From the NCBI GenBank assembly GCA_050749465.1, contig JBOGRO010000050.1, forward strand, positions 364-64,363: DNA of 64,000 bases, given 5' to 3'. Shown here piece after piece: positions 1 through 9,096 of the stretch. The stretch comes from Thermoplasmata archaeon. Lineage in GTDB: Archaea > Thermoplasmatota > Thermoplasmata > Lutacidiplasmatales > UBA184. Made by a program: the position numbers and the translations under genes. The notes beneath the pieces were generated by a model. That model worked only from the letters and a program-made list of their open reading frames with translations. It did not search any database and was not told the origin of the DNA. Each line of letters opens with the position of its first letter. The stretch's first letter is position 1.

Positions 1-1182
1 GTGGTGGTTCAGCCCCCGCCACTTCCTCCCCTCGAAATGATCCATCCCCAACTCCATTTTCGCCTCCTCGTGGAACCGCTCGATGAGGTACCGTCGGCGG
101 GCCACCACGGCCAGCTCCTTCAACCGCAGCTTGTTCACTCCCCAGCAGATCCACGCACGGGGACCCTCCTCGGTCTTCTCCAGCAGAAGCCACCCGACCT
201 CGTTGGTGGGGAACAGGGCCGTGCGACACACCCGGACCTTCCTCCGCGTGAACTGCCCTTCCAAGGGCCCTTTCGTCCCCTTGCCATACCGCACGGTCAC
301 CCAGTCCCGGGCCTCCTCGGCCAGGGCCTTCGGTGAGACGCCGGTGATTCCCGGCGGAAGGCGAGGCCGGACCCGAACCCGACCCCGTTTCGCCGCAGGG
401 GCACGGCCCCCGGGTTCGAGGAGAACCGTGGAGGCGGGCACGACCCGCACCTCGCTGGACGTGACCTCCATCACGTAGGGCTCTTTCCCCGCCCGCAGCT
501 GCCCTCGGAACTCCTGGGCATCTCCATACCCACAGTCCCCCCGCACGGCCTCAGGTGGGAGGCCATGCCGACGTGCTCGGTCCACTTGTTCCAGGGCGAT
601 CCGCCATTTCTCCCGGAAGACCACCGGGGTGGGAATCCCGGCCTCCTCGCATCGCGCTGGGTCCTCCGCCCAGACTCTGGGAAGGTAGAGGTCGAGGGCG
701 AAGCACCAGCCTACGGTCTCTCGATAGGCGCCGTCTCGGGGGAGGAGGTAGACGCAATCCACCACGGACTGGCAATTGTCGACACTCCCCCGAACCCCGC
801 TGTACTGCTTGCTCACTCCCGGGCTCTTCTTCCCCTGCTTGGGGAGGGGCACATCATCGATGACGAGGAGGCCCGAGCGACCGCTGGCCACCCCTTTCAT
901 CTCGTCGGTGAGGCGGGACTGGCACTCCTTCCAGTCCCAGGGGGAGTCCGTGATGAAGTTCTGGATGGACTCGTGCTGTGCTTCGGGGACACGGGAAGCG
1001 ACGGGTTGCATGCTCTTGCGTTCCCCGGGAAAGAGAAGGCCGAGGGTGTAGCGCAAGGCGAGGGCACGACGCCTCCTCTCCCGGGGCGTATCGCGGAAGC
1101 GTCCTCCGATGCCGATGCGCTGGATATGCGCTTGGAGGCGGGAGAGGGAGGGGGCGGCCTTCCTCCGACGCGGAGGACTCAC
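1..1182 (-). mobile_element. IS701-family DDE transposase gene, first 394 codons; 3' end runs off the window start
   Basis: My own minus-strand translation, in a frame ending exactly at nt 1. GTG at 1182 is preceded by an in-frame TGA at 1192-1194. Sequence reads ..ALRYTLGLLFPGERKSMQPVASRV..SIQNFITDSPWDWKEC..LLVIDDVPLPKQGKKSPGVSKQYSGVRGSVDNCQSVV..LDLYLPRVWAEDPARCEEAGIP..RGDCGYGD.., which matches the IS701-type signature. Not in the supplied ORF track because it has no stop inside the window. Confidence 0.8.
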
Positions 1183-1480
1183 GCCGTTAGGTCAAGGGGA
1201 GGCCGGATTTAAGACCCTCACTTCGGTGAGAAACGAAGATCGGCGGATTCGAGCCTTCGCGCTCGTCAGAAAACCGGGGATTCTGCCAAAGTAGTGGCAC
1301 TTACGTCGCGCCCTCCCGGTCGATTCCCTGACGCAGACTGACCCGTTGGGGCACGCCCAAAGTGCTCCTGTTCGGAACGCTCCAAACGCGTAGGAAATGG
1401 TTAGCCCCAGCCCGTCCCGCTTTCACGGGAGGGTTGTGAGGCAGGTGGTCCGCCACCCGCCCCGAGTCGTGCTTCAGTGT

Positions 1481-3730
1481 CTACGTGACGTAATTGACCG
1501 AAGTCCCCCAGTTGGCGAAACCGTCCCGGGTCCCATGGCAAGTCCCGATCACCAGAGAGAACGCGGACCCGGTGCAGCTCGCATACTGAATGTAGTTCGT
1601 CGCGAAGTAGACCGCCCCGTTCGAGAACGGAACGAAGATCGCCGCACTGTAGTCCCCCCAGCGCGGTCGGGTACCGCCCGGGAGACCTTGGTACTCCGAG
1701 AAGCCGTCCTGCGGGCTCTTCCCCTGATCGGCAATGTGGATCGTCGAGCCCACGAGGCCACTCGAGGTGGGGGTGATCCAGCCGTAGGCCGTGCTCGGAT
1801 AGTACCCGCCGTTGTGGGCGCCCGTGGGTCCCCCGTTCCCCGACAGGGAGAAGGTGATGAGCGCACCACCGTTGCCGCCGTCCTGGCTCGAATAGCCTTC
1901 CGCGGCGATCGTCGGGAACTCGAGCTCCTCGTGCATCGCCGTCACGTACGCCTGGTTCGTCAGCGTGAGCTTCCCGCCCGTGTTGAAGGCAAGGGTGGAG
2001 ACCACGTAGTACGCGACGCCGATGTGCGGCTCCGTGCACGGGCATCCCGGACCCTTCGCGAAGGTCTGCTCGACCAGCGTCGAGAGGGAGCCGTAGATGT
2101 GCCCGTTGGCCAACGACGCCTGGGTGAAGTCATCGCCGTTCGTAGCGATCCCTTGCTCCGGGCAGCTCGGTAGGATGCTGGCGTTCGTGAGCCCGGCCGC
2201 GCCGCACTCTGACCCGAGCGGGATCGCGCCCGCCTTCTGCGGGGCGAGGAAGCCCAGTTCGTAGTATGGCTCGACCCCCGAGAACAGTTGTCCGCCGAAC
2301 TGGATGCCGGCGCAGTGGGCGCATCCGTTGCTGTTGAGGTTGCTCAGGCCCGTCCAGTCGAAGACCGCGATCCGGTTATCCCCGGCGCCGTAGAAGTCGA
2401 GCGACTCCATCATGAAGCCGGAACCCCCGTGGGAGTTGTCGAACTGGCTCGGGTCAGGCGACTGGGCTGGGATGACCGCGTACCAGCACGTGATCCCGCC
2501 GAGATGGTACGTGTTGTCGGAGGGACAGATGCCGTTCGGGGTGGGCAGCAGGCCCATGTTCTCGATCGCTACGTTGAACTTGGGGTTGGCGTGTCCATTC
2601 TTCAGCATAGTCGGCAAGCCCATCTCCAGCGCGTTCTTGTCGAAGGCGAGCTGCTGCGCCCCGTTGAAACCGCCGCCTCCGAAGCCTCCACCGCGCTGTG
2701 GGAACTCGTCGTAGAAGAGGAGGAAGGCGTCCCGAGTGGTCGCGATCTTCGCGAAGTCGTTCAGCTGGTACGGGAACCCTGGCTCGTAGGGGTTGTAGTT
2801 CGCGTTGAGGAAGTACGTGTTGTACGGCCCGTAGGGGCTCGCTCCGGTGCTGACCGCGATTCCCTCGTAGCAAGTATTAGCGATGGCCGCGAAGCATCCC
2901 GCGAAAGTTCCCCCGATGCTCTCCGGGGTCGAGGAAACGATCTCCGTGATGAACCAGTGGCCCCCGTTGCTGTAGTCGTAGAGGCACGACGGGTCCCCTC
3001 CGCTGCTCCATCCGATCCCCGAGAGCCCCATCAGCGCGTCGAGGGAGATCGGCGCGGAGCTCGTCGTGAGGCTCGAATCGAAGATCTGGATTTCTCCGAT
3101 GTTGTTGGACTCGATCGCATAGCCGTTGCCCGCACACAGTGCCTGGTCCGCCGGCTCGATGTCTTCATTGTAAAGGCTGCCGCTCGAGACCGCGTTCAGT
3201 CCCTTCACGCCGACCGCACCCCCGGCCGACGAGCTGATACGGTCGCAGCCCGGGCCAAGCGGTTGGCAGCTGATGCTGGGGACGAACCCGGCGAGTGAAC
3301 TCTGGGATTGCCCTGCCGCGGCCGCAGCCTGCTGAGGAGTGACCGTGTTCCCGTCCGAGAGCGAGAAGGTGTCGCCTTGGGTGCTCCGCGTGAGAGCGGA
3401 AGCACTGTTAATCGCCGGCGAGGCGGTCACGGGGCCGAACGGTCCCGTCAGGAGCGAACACCCGGGTAGGTTGCACCCGGTGGCAGCGGGCCCGACGAAA
3501 GTCGGGGCCCCACTCCCTAGATTCGAGGACGTGACGCCCGGTACTCCAACCACGGGAGCCGCCACGGAACCGGGGGCCGCCCCCGAACTCGCCGGAAGGG
3601 CGGCCGAAACGCCCACCGGAGCGGCGGTGGGGGCCCCTGCGGCCAAGGATAGACTACCCAGGACCATCAGCGCCATCGTCGCAATCGACAACCACCCGGC
3701 CAGTCGTTTTCGTTGCTTATCGACCGACAT
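1481..3730 (-). CDS. large secreted or membrane-anchored protein, unknown function
   Basis: Part of the 796-aa ORF. I moved the start to ATG 3730 (MSVDKQRKRLAGW). This is followed by a hydrophobic span LSIATMALMVLGSLSLAAGA, a Ser/Gly/Ala/Pro-rich linker and then a large globular part. A TATA-like TTTATCTA lies on the minus strand at 3760-3767. No family recognised. Confidence 0.6.
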   Translation of the reverse strand: MSVDKQRKRLAGWLSIATMALMVLGSLSLAAGAPTAAPVGVSAALPASSGAAPGSVAAPVVGVPGVTSSNLGSGAPTFVGPAATGCNLPGCSLLTGPFGPVTASPAINSASALTRSTQGDTFSLSDGNTVTPQQAAAAAGQSQSSLAGFVPSISCQPLGPGCDRISSSAGGAVGVKGLNAVSSGSLYNEDIEPADQALCAGNGYAIESNNIGEIQIFDSSLTTSSAPISLDALMGLSGIGWSSGGDPSCLYDYSNGGHWFITEIVSSTPESIGGTFAGCFAAIANTCYEGIAVSTGASPYGPYNTYFLNANYNPYEPGFPYQLNDFAKIATTRDAFLLFYDEFPQRGGGFGGGGFNGAQQLAFDKNALEMGLPTMLKNGHANPKFNVAIENMGLLPTPNGICPSDNTYHLGGITCWYAVIPAQSPDPSQFDNSHGGSGFMMESLDFYGAGDNRIAVFDWTGLSNLNSNGCAHCAGIQFGGQLFSGVEPYYELGFLAPQKAGAIPLGSECGAAGLTNASILPSCPEQGIATNGDDFTQASLANGHIYGSLSTLVEQTFAKGPGCPCTEPHIGVAYYVVSTLAFNTGGKLTLTNQAYVTAMHEELEFPTIAAEGYSSQDGGNGGALITFSLSGNGGPTGAHNGGYYPSTAYGWITPTSSGLVGSTIHIADQGKSPQDGFSEYQGLPGGTRPRWGDYSAAIFVPFSNGAVYFATNYIQYASCTGSAFSLVIGTCHGTRDGFANWGTSVNYVT

Positions 3731-4069
3731 AGGACCCTGCGAGGGTATAGCACTCCTCATAGATAAATTCCGGTTATACGCTTCGTGTCCACCGGGCTTT
3801 TCGGAGAGAAAACGACCTTCGACTCTGCCCGCCGAGGGCCGAGACGAGCCGGGCTTCCGGCCCCCTTCCACGGCGACTGTCTACGCACCTCGTAACGGGC
3901 CGAGGCTGCCTGGGCAAACGGGCAGCGGCTCGCCGGTTCCCCGGTAATGTCGAGTTGTCCCACGAAACCGGGGTAAGTCAATATCGGCCCCCGCAGTGCG
4001 CATCTGGGGTTGGGAGCTTCAAAACGGGACCCCCTCCAAAGTGTCGGCGGGTAACCGCGTGGTCGTCGA

Positions 4070-4337
4070 CGCGAACCGGTAGACCCGCCTGGGGTCAGCC
4101 TTTAGAGCACGACCCCCCGAGTCACGACCATGGAGGAGGTTCCGAGATCGGGGAGGAAATCGGTCCCAGCCTGAAGGCGTTGGGGAAACGTGTAGGGTCA
4201 ACAGCTCGCAGCAAGTTGCGTCCTCCATGGCCACCGTTGCTCCCGGCCCCTGGACTTCGCCGAGTGAGAGAGTTCCCGGACGCGTCGGTCTCGGCCTCCG
4301 GCAAACGAGAAGGGCTGGATTCGAACCGGTACTTTTT
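4070..4337 (+). ncRNA. candidate structured RNA with RNase P RNA-like motifs; identity unproven
   Basis: Lies in an ORF-free region. GGGGAGGAAA at 4150-4159 resembles CR-I, and ACGAGAAGGGCTGGATT at 4305-4321 resembles CR-V. AAT+CCAGCC (4158-4171) is complementary to GGCTGG+ATT (4313-4321). ACCGGT at 4075-4080 can pair with ACCGGT at 4325-4330. A T5 run sits at 4333-4337. The topology and size do not fit a canonical type A RNA. Confidence 0.3.
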
Positions 4338-4481
4338 CAGCCGCCTCCGCGCCCGCTCCGCCGCCGTCCCCTCCCCCTCCCGGGTCCGTGACACTCCCTC
4401 ACATTCGACCCCCTAGCTCTTTAGGCCCGGCGCGGGTCGCTACAGTGAGAACTCCTTCCCACCGGGGGGCGGCTCGAATCC

Positions 4482-5909
4482 ATGGATCGTTACGAGCGAG
4501 TGCCGATTCGCGAGGAGAGCAAGCAGGAGCGGATCGAGAAGTTCGCGTTGATCGACGAGCCGTACACGCTCGAGGAGTCGGTCCTCGAGGGCCAACGGTG
4601 CCTGCAGTGCGCGATGCCGTACTGCATCCAGGGGTGCCCGATCACCCAGGACGCCCGCGGCTACAACATCCTCGTCGGGGAGCGCGACTTCGACGGCGCG
4701 GCCCGCCTCGTGCTGCGCGAGAACCCCCTCGCGACCGTGCTGTGCAAGACCTGCTACCACTTCTGCGAGGACGACTGCATCATGACCGGTAAGGGTGTGC
4801 CGATCGCGATCCGTCACCTCAAGCGCGCAGCCCTCGACTACGGGAAATCCGACCTGCTCTACGTGCCCTCGAAACGGAAGGAGGAGCGCGTCGCGGTCGT
4901 CGGCGCGGGTCCGGCGGGCCTCATGGCCGCGTGGGACCTCGCGATCCGCGGCCATCCCGTGACGGTCTACGAGTACGAGCCGTTCCTCGGCGGCCAGATC
5001 AACACGATCCCGCGGTACCATCTCGACCCGGACGACCTCGATACCGACATCGCCCGGTGGAAGAATCTCGACGTCCAGTTCGTCGTCGGGAAGAAGGCGG
5101 GCGTGGACTACACCCCGAAGAGCCTTCTCGCCGAGGGATATGAGGCGGTCCTCGTCTCGATCGGTGCCTCCCAAGCGCGCGAGCTCGGGGTTCCGGGCGA
5201 GGAGCTGCCCGGCGTGTACCACGCGCTCCCGTTCCTGCTCGCGATGAACAAGCGCCCCGAGGGCCTCTTCGGGCGCAAGGGACGTCGGGTGATCGTGATC
5301 GGGGCCGGGGACGTCGCGCTCGATGCCGCGCGCTCCGCGCTCCGCCTGAGCGAGGGCGGGGAAGTGCGCCTCGTCTACCGCCGCGGTCCGGAAGACATGA
5401 AGGCGACCGAGGAGGAGAAGACCGGCGGCGAGATCGAAGGGATCCGCTACGTCTTCTTCCGGGCGCCGAAGGCGATCGTCGGTCGGGAGCACGTCGAAGG
5501 ACTCGTCGTGGAGCGCACCGAGCACGGACCCCCGGACGCGAAGGGCCGGCGCACGCTCCAGGTCGTCCCGAACTCGGAAGAGACGCTCCCGTGCGACATG
5601 ATCATCGTCGCCGTCGGCGAAGTCGCGGACGTCTCGGGTTTTGACCCCGACTACGGCTTCAAGTTCGCCTCGATGGGCTGGCCGGAAGGCAAGCGCGAGG
5701 ATTGGATGACGGACGTGGAAGGTGTCTTCGCGACCGGCGGGCGGTCCGTCGTGCACGCGATGGCCGCCGGCGAGCGGGCCGCGGCCGCGATCGACGTCTA
5801 CCTCGCGAAGAAGCACGGACGCGCCCCGGAGCCCCGACCGGACCCGTTCGGGGGCGCGACGCCGCCCGAGCGTCCGACCGGGTACGGCGGCGCGACCTGG
5901 ACGCCGTAG
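4482..5909 (+). CDS. glutamate synthase small-subunit-like (GltD/PreT-type) FAD/NAD(P)-dependent oxidoreductase with N-terminal Fe-S cysteine cluster
   Basis: 475-aa ORF. N-terminal CLQCAMPYCIQGCP..CKTCYHFCEDDC, a dinucleotide fold VAVVGAGPAGLMAA, and a second fold VIVIGAGDVALDAA. Confidence 0.85.
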   Translation: MDRYERVPIREESKQERIEKFALIDEPYTLEESVLEGQRCLQCAMPYCIQGCPITQDARGYNILVGERDFDGAARLVLRENPLATVLCKTCYHFCEDDCIMTGKGVPIAIRHLKRAALDYGKSDLLYVPSKRKEERVAVVGAGPAGLMAAWDLAIRGHPVTVYEYEPFLGGQINTIPRYHLDPDDLDTDIARWKNLDVQFVVGKKAGVDYTPKSLLAEGYEAVLVSIGASQARELGVPGEELPGVYHALPFLLAMNKRPEGLFGRKGRRVIVIGAGDVALDAARSALRLSEGGEVRLVYRRGPEDMKATEEEKTGGEIEGIRYVFFRAPKAIVGREHVEGLVVERTEHGPPDAKGRRTLQVVPNSEETLPCDMIIVAVGEVADVSGFDPDYGFKFASMGWPEGKREDWMTDVEGVFATGGRSVVHAMAAGERAAAAIDVYLAKKHGRAPEPRPDPFGGATPPERPTGYGGATWTP

Positions 5910-6134
5910 CGTCGACCGGGCGCCCGAACGGAAATCACGGCGGGCTGCCCGTCGAAGCGCCCTCGACCCCACCCTCCCGTCCGACGTCCGGTAACGGGGA
6001 AGGCTAAAGGCCCGGTCCGAGGTCGCCGAGACCGTGAGGTCGTTGGAAGTCGGTGAACGCGCGCCGGCCGAGCGAGTCGCCGAGCGACCCCTCGCCGATC
6101 GTCGAGCGTTCCGAACGATCGAGAGAGAGATACC

Positions 6135-6956
6135 GTGACCGAGAGCGCCGGCTCGCCGAAGAGGACCGCCGACTTGGCGGCCGTCGAAGGAGCCGTCGCT
6201 CCCCGCGTCGTCTTCGTAACGGGCGCCAGCGCGGGCTTCGGCGCGGCGATCGCGCGCCGCTTCGTTCGACGAGACGCGCGGGTCGTCGCTCTCGCCCGGA
6301 GATCGGACCGATTGAACGGCCTCGCGGAGGAGCTGGGTCGAGACCGGGTCCACGCGATCGCGCTCGATGTCCGGGACCGTTCCGCGATCGAGCGGGCCGT
6401 CGGGGCCCTCCCCGCGGAGTTCGCCGAGGTCGATCTGGTCGTGAACAACGCGGGACTCGCGCTCGGGCTTGAACCGGCTCACCGCTCCCGACCGGAAGAC
6501 TGGGAGCAGATGATCGACACGAACTGCAAGGGCGTCGTCTACGTCACCCGAGCCCTCCTCCCGGGGATGGTGGCCCGCGGTCGGGGGCACGTCGTCAACA
6601 TCGGTTCGACGGCGGGGACGTATCCGTACCCCGGGGGCAACGTCTACGGCGCCTCGAAGGCCTTCGTCCACCAGTTCAGCCTCAATCTGCGGAGCGACCT
6701 CCACGGAACCGGGGTGCGCGTCACCTGCATTGAACCCGGCATCTGCGGGGGTACGGAGTTCTCTGGGGTCCGCTTCCGGGGAGACCAGAAGAGGGCCGCC
6801 GAGGTGTACGCCGGGATGCGACCGCTCACGCCGGAGGACGTTGCCGCGACCGTGGAGTGGGTAAGCAGCCTTCCCGCCCGGGTGAACGTCAACACCGTCG
6901 AGCTGATGCCGGCCGACCAGAGCTTCGGCCCGTACCAGGTTCACCGAGCCCCGTAG
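6135..6956 (+). CDS. short-chain dehydrogenase/reductase (YdfG-like NADP-dependent)
   Basis: VFVTGASAGFGAAIARRF, NNAG, and the catalytic YGASKAFV motif. The exact start is uncertain; GTG 6135 is the longest option. Confidence 0.85.
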   Translation: MTESAGSPKRTADLAAVEGAVAPRVVFVTGASAGFGAAIARRFVRRDARVVALARRSDRLNGLAEELGRDRVHAIALDVRDRSAIERAVGALPAEFAEVDLVVNNAGLALGLEPAHRSRPEDWEQMIDTNCKGVVYVTRALLPGMVARGRGHVVNIGSTAGTYPYPGGNVYGASKAFVHQFSLNLRSDLHGTGVRVTCIEPGICGGTEFSGVRFRGDQKRAAEVYAGMRPLTPEDVAATVEWVSSLPARVNVNTVELMPADQSFGPYQVHRAP

Positions 6957-6989
6957 ACCGGGTCCCCGGTCCGTACTCCGCCGCGGGGG

Positions 6990-7289
6990 CTAGCGCTGCT
7001 TCCCGTAATGGATCCAACTTTCTACGGCCCCGAGCGCGGCGCGCGCGTCGTGGCCCAACGCGGCTTCCTCGCGCCGGAACCGCTCGATCAGGGTCCCCCG
7101 AGTGTTATCTGCGAGCGTCAGCAGGTCGTTCGGGTGGGTCTGGGTGGCCACAGAGAAATGATGGAGCCCCTCGAGATACTCGTCCGCGTGTTCTCCGGTA
7201 CCTTCCAAGAGCGAGCGGTACCAGTGCTGGACATTCGGGTCGGCTTTCAGCTTGTTGAATGGTCCGATCGGCCCGGGATGCCCGAACAC
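6990..7289 (-). CDS. hypothetical 99-aa protein; possibly the N-terminal remnant of a recombinase or of foreign origin
   Basis: Intact ORF whose composition looks like a real protein. It has noticeably more A/T-ending codons (aat, tat, cat, tct, gat, act, gta, agt) than neighbouring genes. Confidence 0.4.
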   Translation of the reverse strand: MFGHPGPIGPFNKLKADPNVQHWYRSLLEGTGEHADEYLEGLHHFSVATQTHPNDLLTLADNTRGTLIERFRREEAALGHDARAALGAVESWIHYGKQR

Positions 7290-7340
7290 GGCGGACCAGA
7301 GCGAATACGACCTAAACCTCTTGCGATGAGACCCCGGGGA

Positions 7341-7709
7341 TCAGCGCAAGGTCTCCGAGGAGAAGGTCTCCGGCTGCCGGCGATGACAGCTGAGATAGAG
7401 TAGGCGGCCTTCGGCGCGGATCGAGCGCCGCGCTCCCTTGGGAATGACGAGCGCGGTTCCGGACTCAATCGCCTCGCGGGTGTCATCGACCCGGAGCTCG
7501 CCCTCCCCGCGGAGGCCCACGAGCAGCACGTCGCACGCCGCGTTGACGTGAGCCGAGACGCCATGGCCGGCGGACCAGGCGACGAGATTCAGGTCGAGCT
7601 CATCCGTCCGCAGGTGCCACACAACGCCTTCGTCGGGTCCCTCCGCGTAAGCGTCCAGCTGCAAGGGGGTGAGGGGTCCCTTCGTGGGCAACGCGTCCTC
7701 CTCGACCAC
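7341..7709 (-). CDS. cupin domain protein
   Basis: 122 aa. GHGVSAHVNAACDVLLVGLRGEGELRVDD..ALVIPKGARRSI resembles a cupin beta-barrel with metal-site His residues. Confidence 0.7.
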   Translation of the reverse strand: MVEEDALPTKGPLTPLQLDAYAEGPDEGVVWHLRTDELDLNLVAWSAGHGVSAHVNAACDVLLVGLRGEGELRVDDTREAIESGTALVIPKGARRSIRAEGRLLYLSCHRRQPETFSSETLR

Positions 7710-7816
7710 ATCGCCCGCAGTCGATGGGAGACCTTGAACATTCCTCGCCGGGGCCGATTACTCCGTTCATCGCCGGGGCGTCGCCGAGCGTGCGCCATGC
7801 CCGGACCCGCGCGGAA

Positions 7817-8404
7817 CTACAAGTACGAGGCTCGGTAGGTCAGTACGATGCTCAACGACACTGTGCCGTTGCCCGAACCCCCGAGATCGAAGGCGTAGTT
7901 GCCGCAGACGGGTACGGTGAATGTCGCGTTCGCCGCGTTCGAGTTTGACGTCCAGAGGGTCGTGCCGTTCGGCGCGAAGACCTGAACGACGAGCGAGACG
8001 GTCGGGCTCGCGGTGTAGCTCACCGAAGCGCGAGCGCCGGTCCGACAGAGCGACTGGGGATAGGAATAGTTGAACTCGTACGACCCACCCCCGAAGCTAC
8101 TGGTGCTAATCTGGTACGTGACGCGCTGCGGGACCGGAATGGACGCGAGCGCGACGCTCGCCACGATGACGGCGACAAAGATAATCGCGAGGGCCACCCG
8201 CACTCTCCGCGAGAAACCGCGAGGGAGGGGGCGCAACCGGACCGACCGCCGTGCCTCTCTCCTCCGCCGCCCTGGCATCCGCTCGGTGGATGGCGAAGCG
8301 AACGACGGGTACTCCCGGCGAAGCATTAGGGCTTCGGCGGCCGGGGCTCGGCCTCCGCCCCGAGAAGGACCTCGCGCCGGTGGCGGGGCCGGGGTGCTCG
8401 GCAT
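7817..8404 (-). CDS. membrane-anchored extracytoplasmic protein, unknown function
   Basis: Arg-rich N-terminus, then TM helix VALAIIFVAVIVASVALASI, then a Ser/Thr/Asn-rich beta-like ectodomain. Start chosen at ATG 8404 because the longest-ORF start lies inside the AT-rich promoter. Confidence 0.5.
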   Translation of the reverse strand: MPSTPAPPPARGPSRGGGRAPAAEALMLRREYPSFASPSTERMPGRRRREARRSVRLRPLPRGFSRRVRVALAIIFVAVIVASVALASIPVPQRVTYQISTSSFGGGSYEFNYSYPQSLCRTGARASVSYTASPTVSLVVQVFAPNGTTLWTSNSNAANATFTVPVCGNYAFDLGGSGNGTVSLSIVLTYRASYL

Positions 8405-8429
8405 CCTCGAAGTAGGCGGGGCGAAGCAG

Positions 8430-8447
8430 TTATATCGAATTATATTC
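8430..8447. promoter_or_regulatory. shared divergent AT-rich promoter (TTATAT direct repeat, TATA boxes)
   Basis: TTATATCGAATTATATTC is the only AT-rich patch between the divergent genes. It lies 22-28 nt upstream of padR ATG 8458 and about 26-33 nt upstream of ATG 8404 on the other strand. Confidence 0.55.
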
Positions 8448-8457
8448 ATAACTCAAT

Positions 8458-9096
8458 ATGGTTCTTCCTGTCCGCCTCGCCGGCCCTCGCCCCGGGCGGT
8501 TGCTCGGGCTCTACGCGCTCTCGGTGATGGAGCACGACGGGCCCGTGTACGGCTACGCTCTCGCCGACCGCATCTCGGACCGAACGGACGGAGCCTGGCG
8601 ACCCGGTGCGGGAGCAATCTACCCGGCGTTGAGCTCGCTCGTCGCGCGGGGATCGGCCCGCACGAACCGTGTCGGTCGACGCCGGGTCTACGGCATCACC
8701 CCGGCCGGCCGCGCGTTCCTGACTCGGATCCGGAGGAACTGGACGAGCGCGGGACGCTCCGGGCCGGACCTCGGCTTACTCTGGTCGGAGATCGCCGGCG
8801 CGGGCGACCCCGGACAGCACCTCCTGCGTCACCTGCGTCGCCACCTAGAAGGGATGGGGACGTACCTCGAGCGTAACCCCGGGGCCCGCGTCGGGGGCGA
8901 GAGCCTCCGCGAGCTCCTCCGGAGCGAGCTGAGGCACTCGGAGACCCGGCTCCGCCTGCTCGCGAAGGCAAACCGCCGACCGACCAAGCCGAAGGCCCGA
9001 GGTGCGGCCGGGGGAACGCCCCCGCCATTGAAGTCCGTTCGCTCACTAAGCGATACGGCTCGAACGCCCACGCGGTCCTCGCGCTCGACCGAGTGA
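8458..9096 (+). CDS. PadR-family transcriptional regulator; the C-terminal tail is probably an artefact of an indel
   Basis: Winged-helix core LYALSVMEHDGPVYGYALADRISDRT..WRPGAGAIYPALSSLVARG..RRVYGITPAGR. The last roughly 25 codons overlap the ABC ATPase N-terminus in another frame. Confidence 0.75.
   Translation: MVLPVRLAGPRPGRLLGLYALSVMEHDGPVYGYALADRISDRTDGAWRPGAGAIYPALSSLVARGSARTNRVGRRRVYGITPAGRAFLTRIRRNWTSAGRSGPDLGLLWSEIAGAGDPGQHLLRHLRRHLEGMGTYLERNPGARVGGESLRELLRSELRHSETRLRLLAKANRRPTKPKARGAAGGTPPPLKSVRSLSDTARTPTRSSRSTE

Noticed and set aside
4222-4252. Minus-strand GUCCAGGGGCCGGGAGCAACGG resembling the SRP RNA helix-8 motif (CAGG..GGAA..AGCA)
   Set aside because: The GNAR tetraloop and its 3-bp stem are missing, so the segment cannot form the helix-8 hairpin. 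The similarity is probably fortuitous in GC-rich DNA.
4311-4332. GGCTGGATTCGAACCGGTAC, which looks like the reverse complement of a tRNA T-arm (GGTTCGAATCC)
   Set aside because: On the minus strand the flanking stem has only 3 of 5 pairs. On the plus strand the loop is ATTCGAA, and no acceptor, D or anticodon arms can be built. It is not a tRNA, though it could be part of the candidate structured RNA.
3955-4416. 153-aa plus-strand ORF in the large intergenic region
   Set aside because: It is a Pro/Arg/Ser-rich sequence with no motif, and it covers strongly self-complementary DNA. A structured RNA or UTR explains the region better.
4440-6944. 834-aa minus-strand ORF spanning the GltD-like and SDR genes
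   Set aside because: It is antisense to two genes with clear domain motifs. Its composition is dominated by Arg, Gly, Pro, Asp and Val with no motifs, the typical GC-rich shadow ORF.
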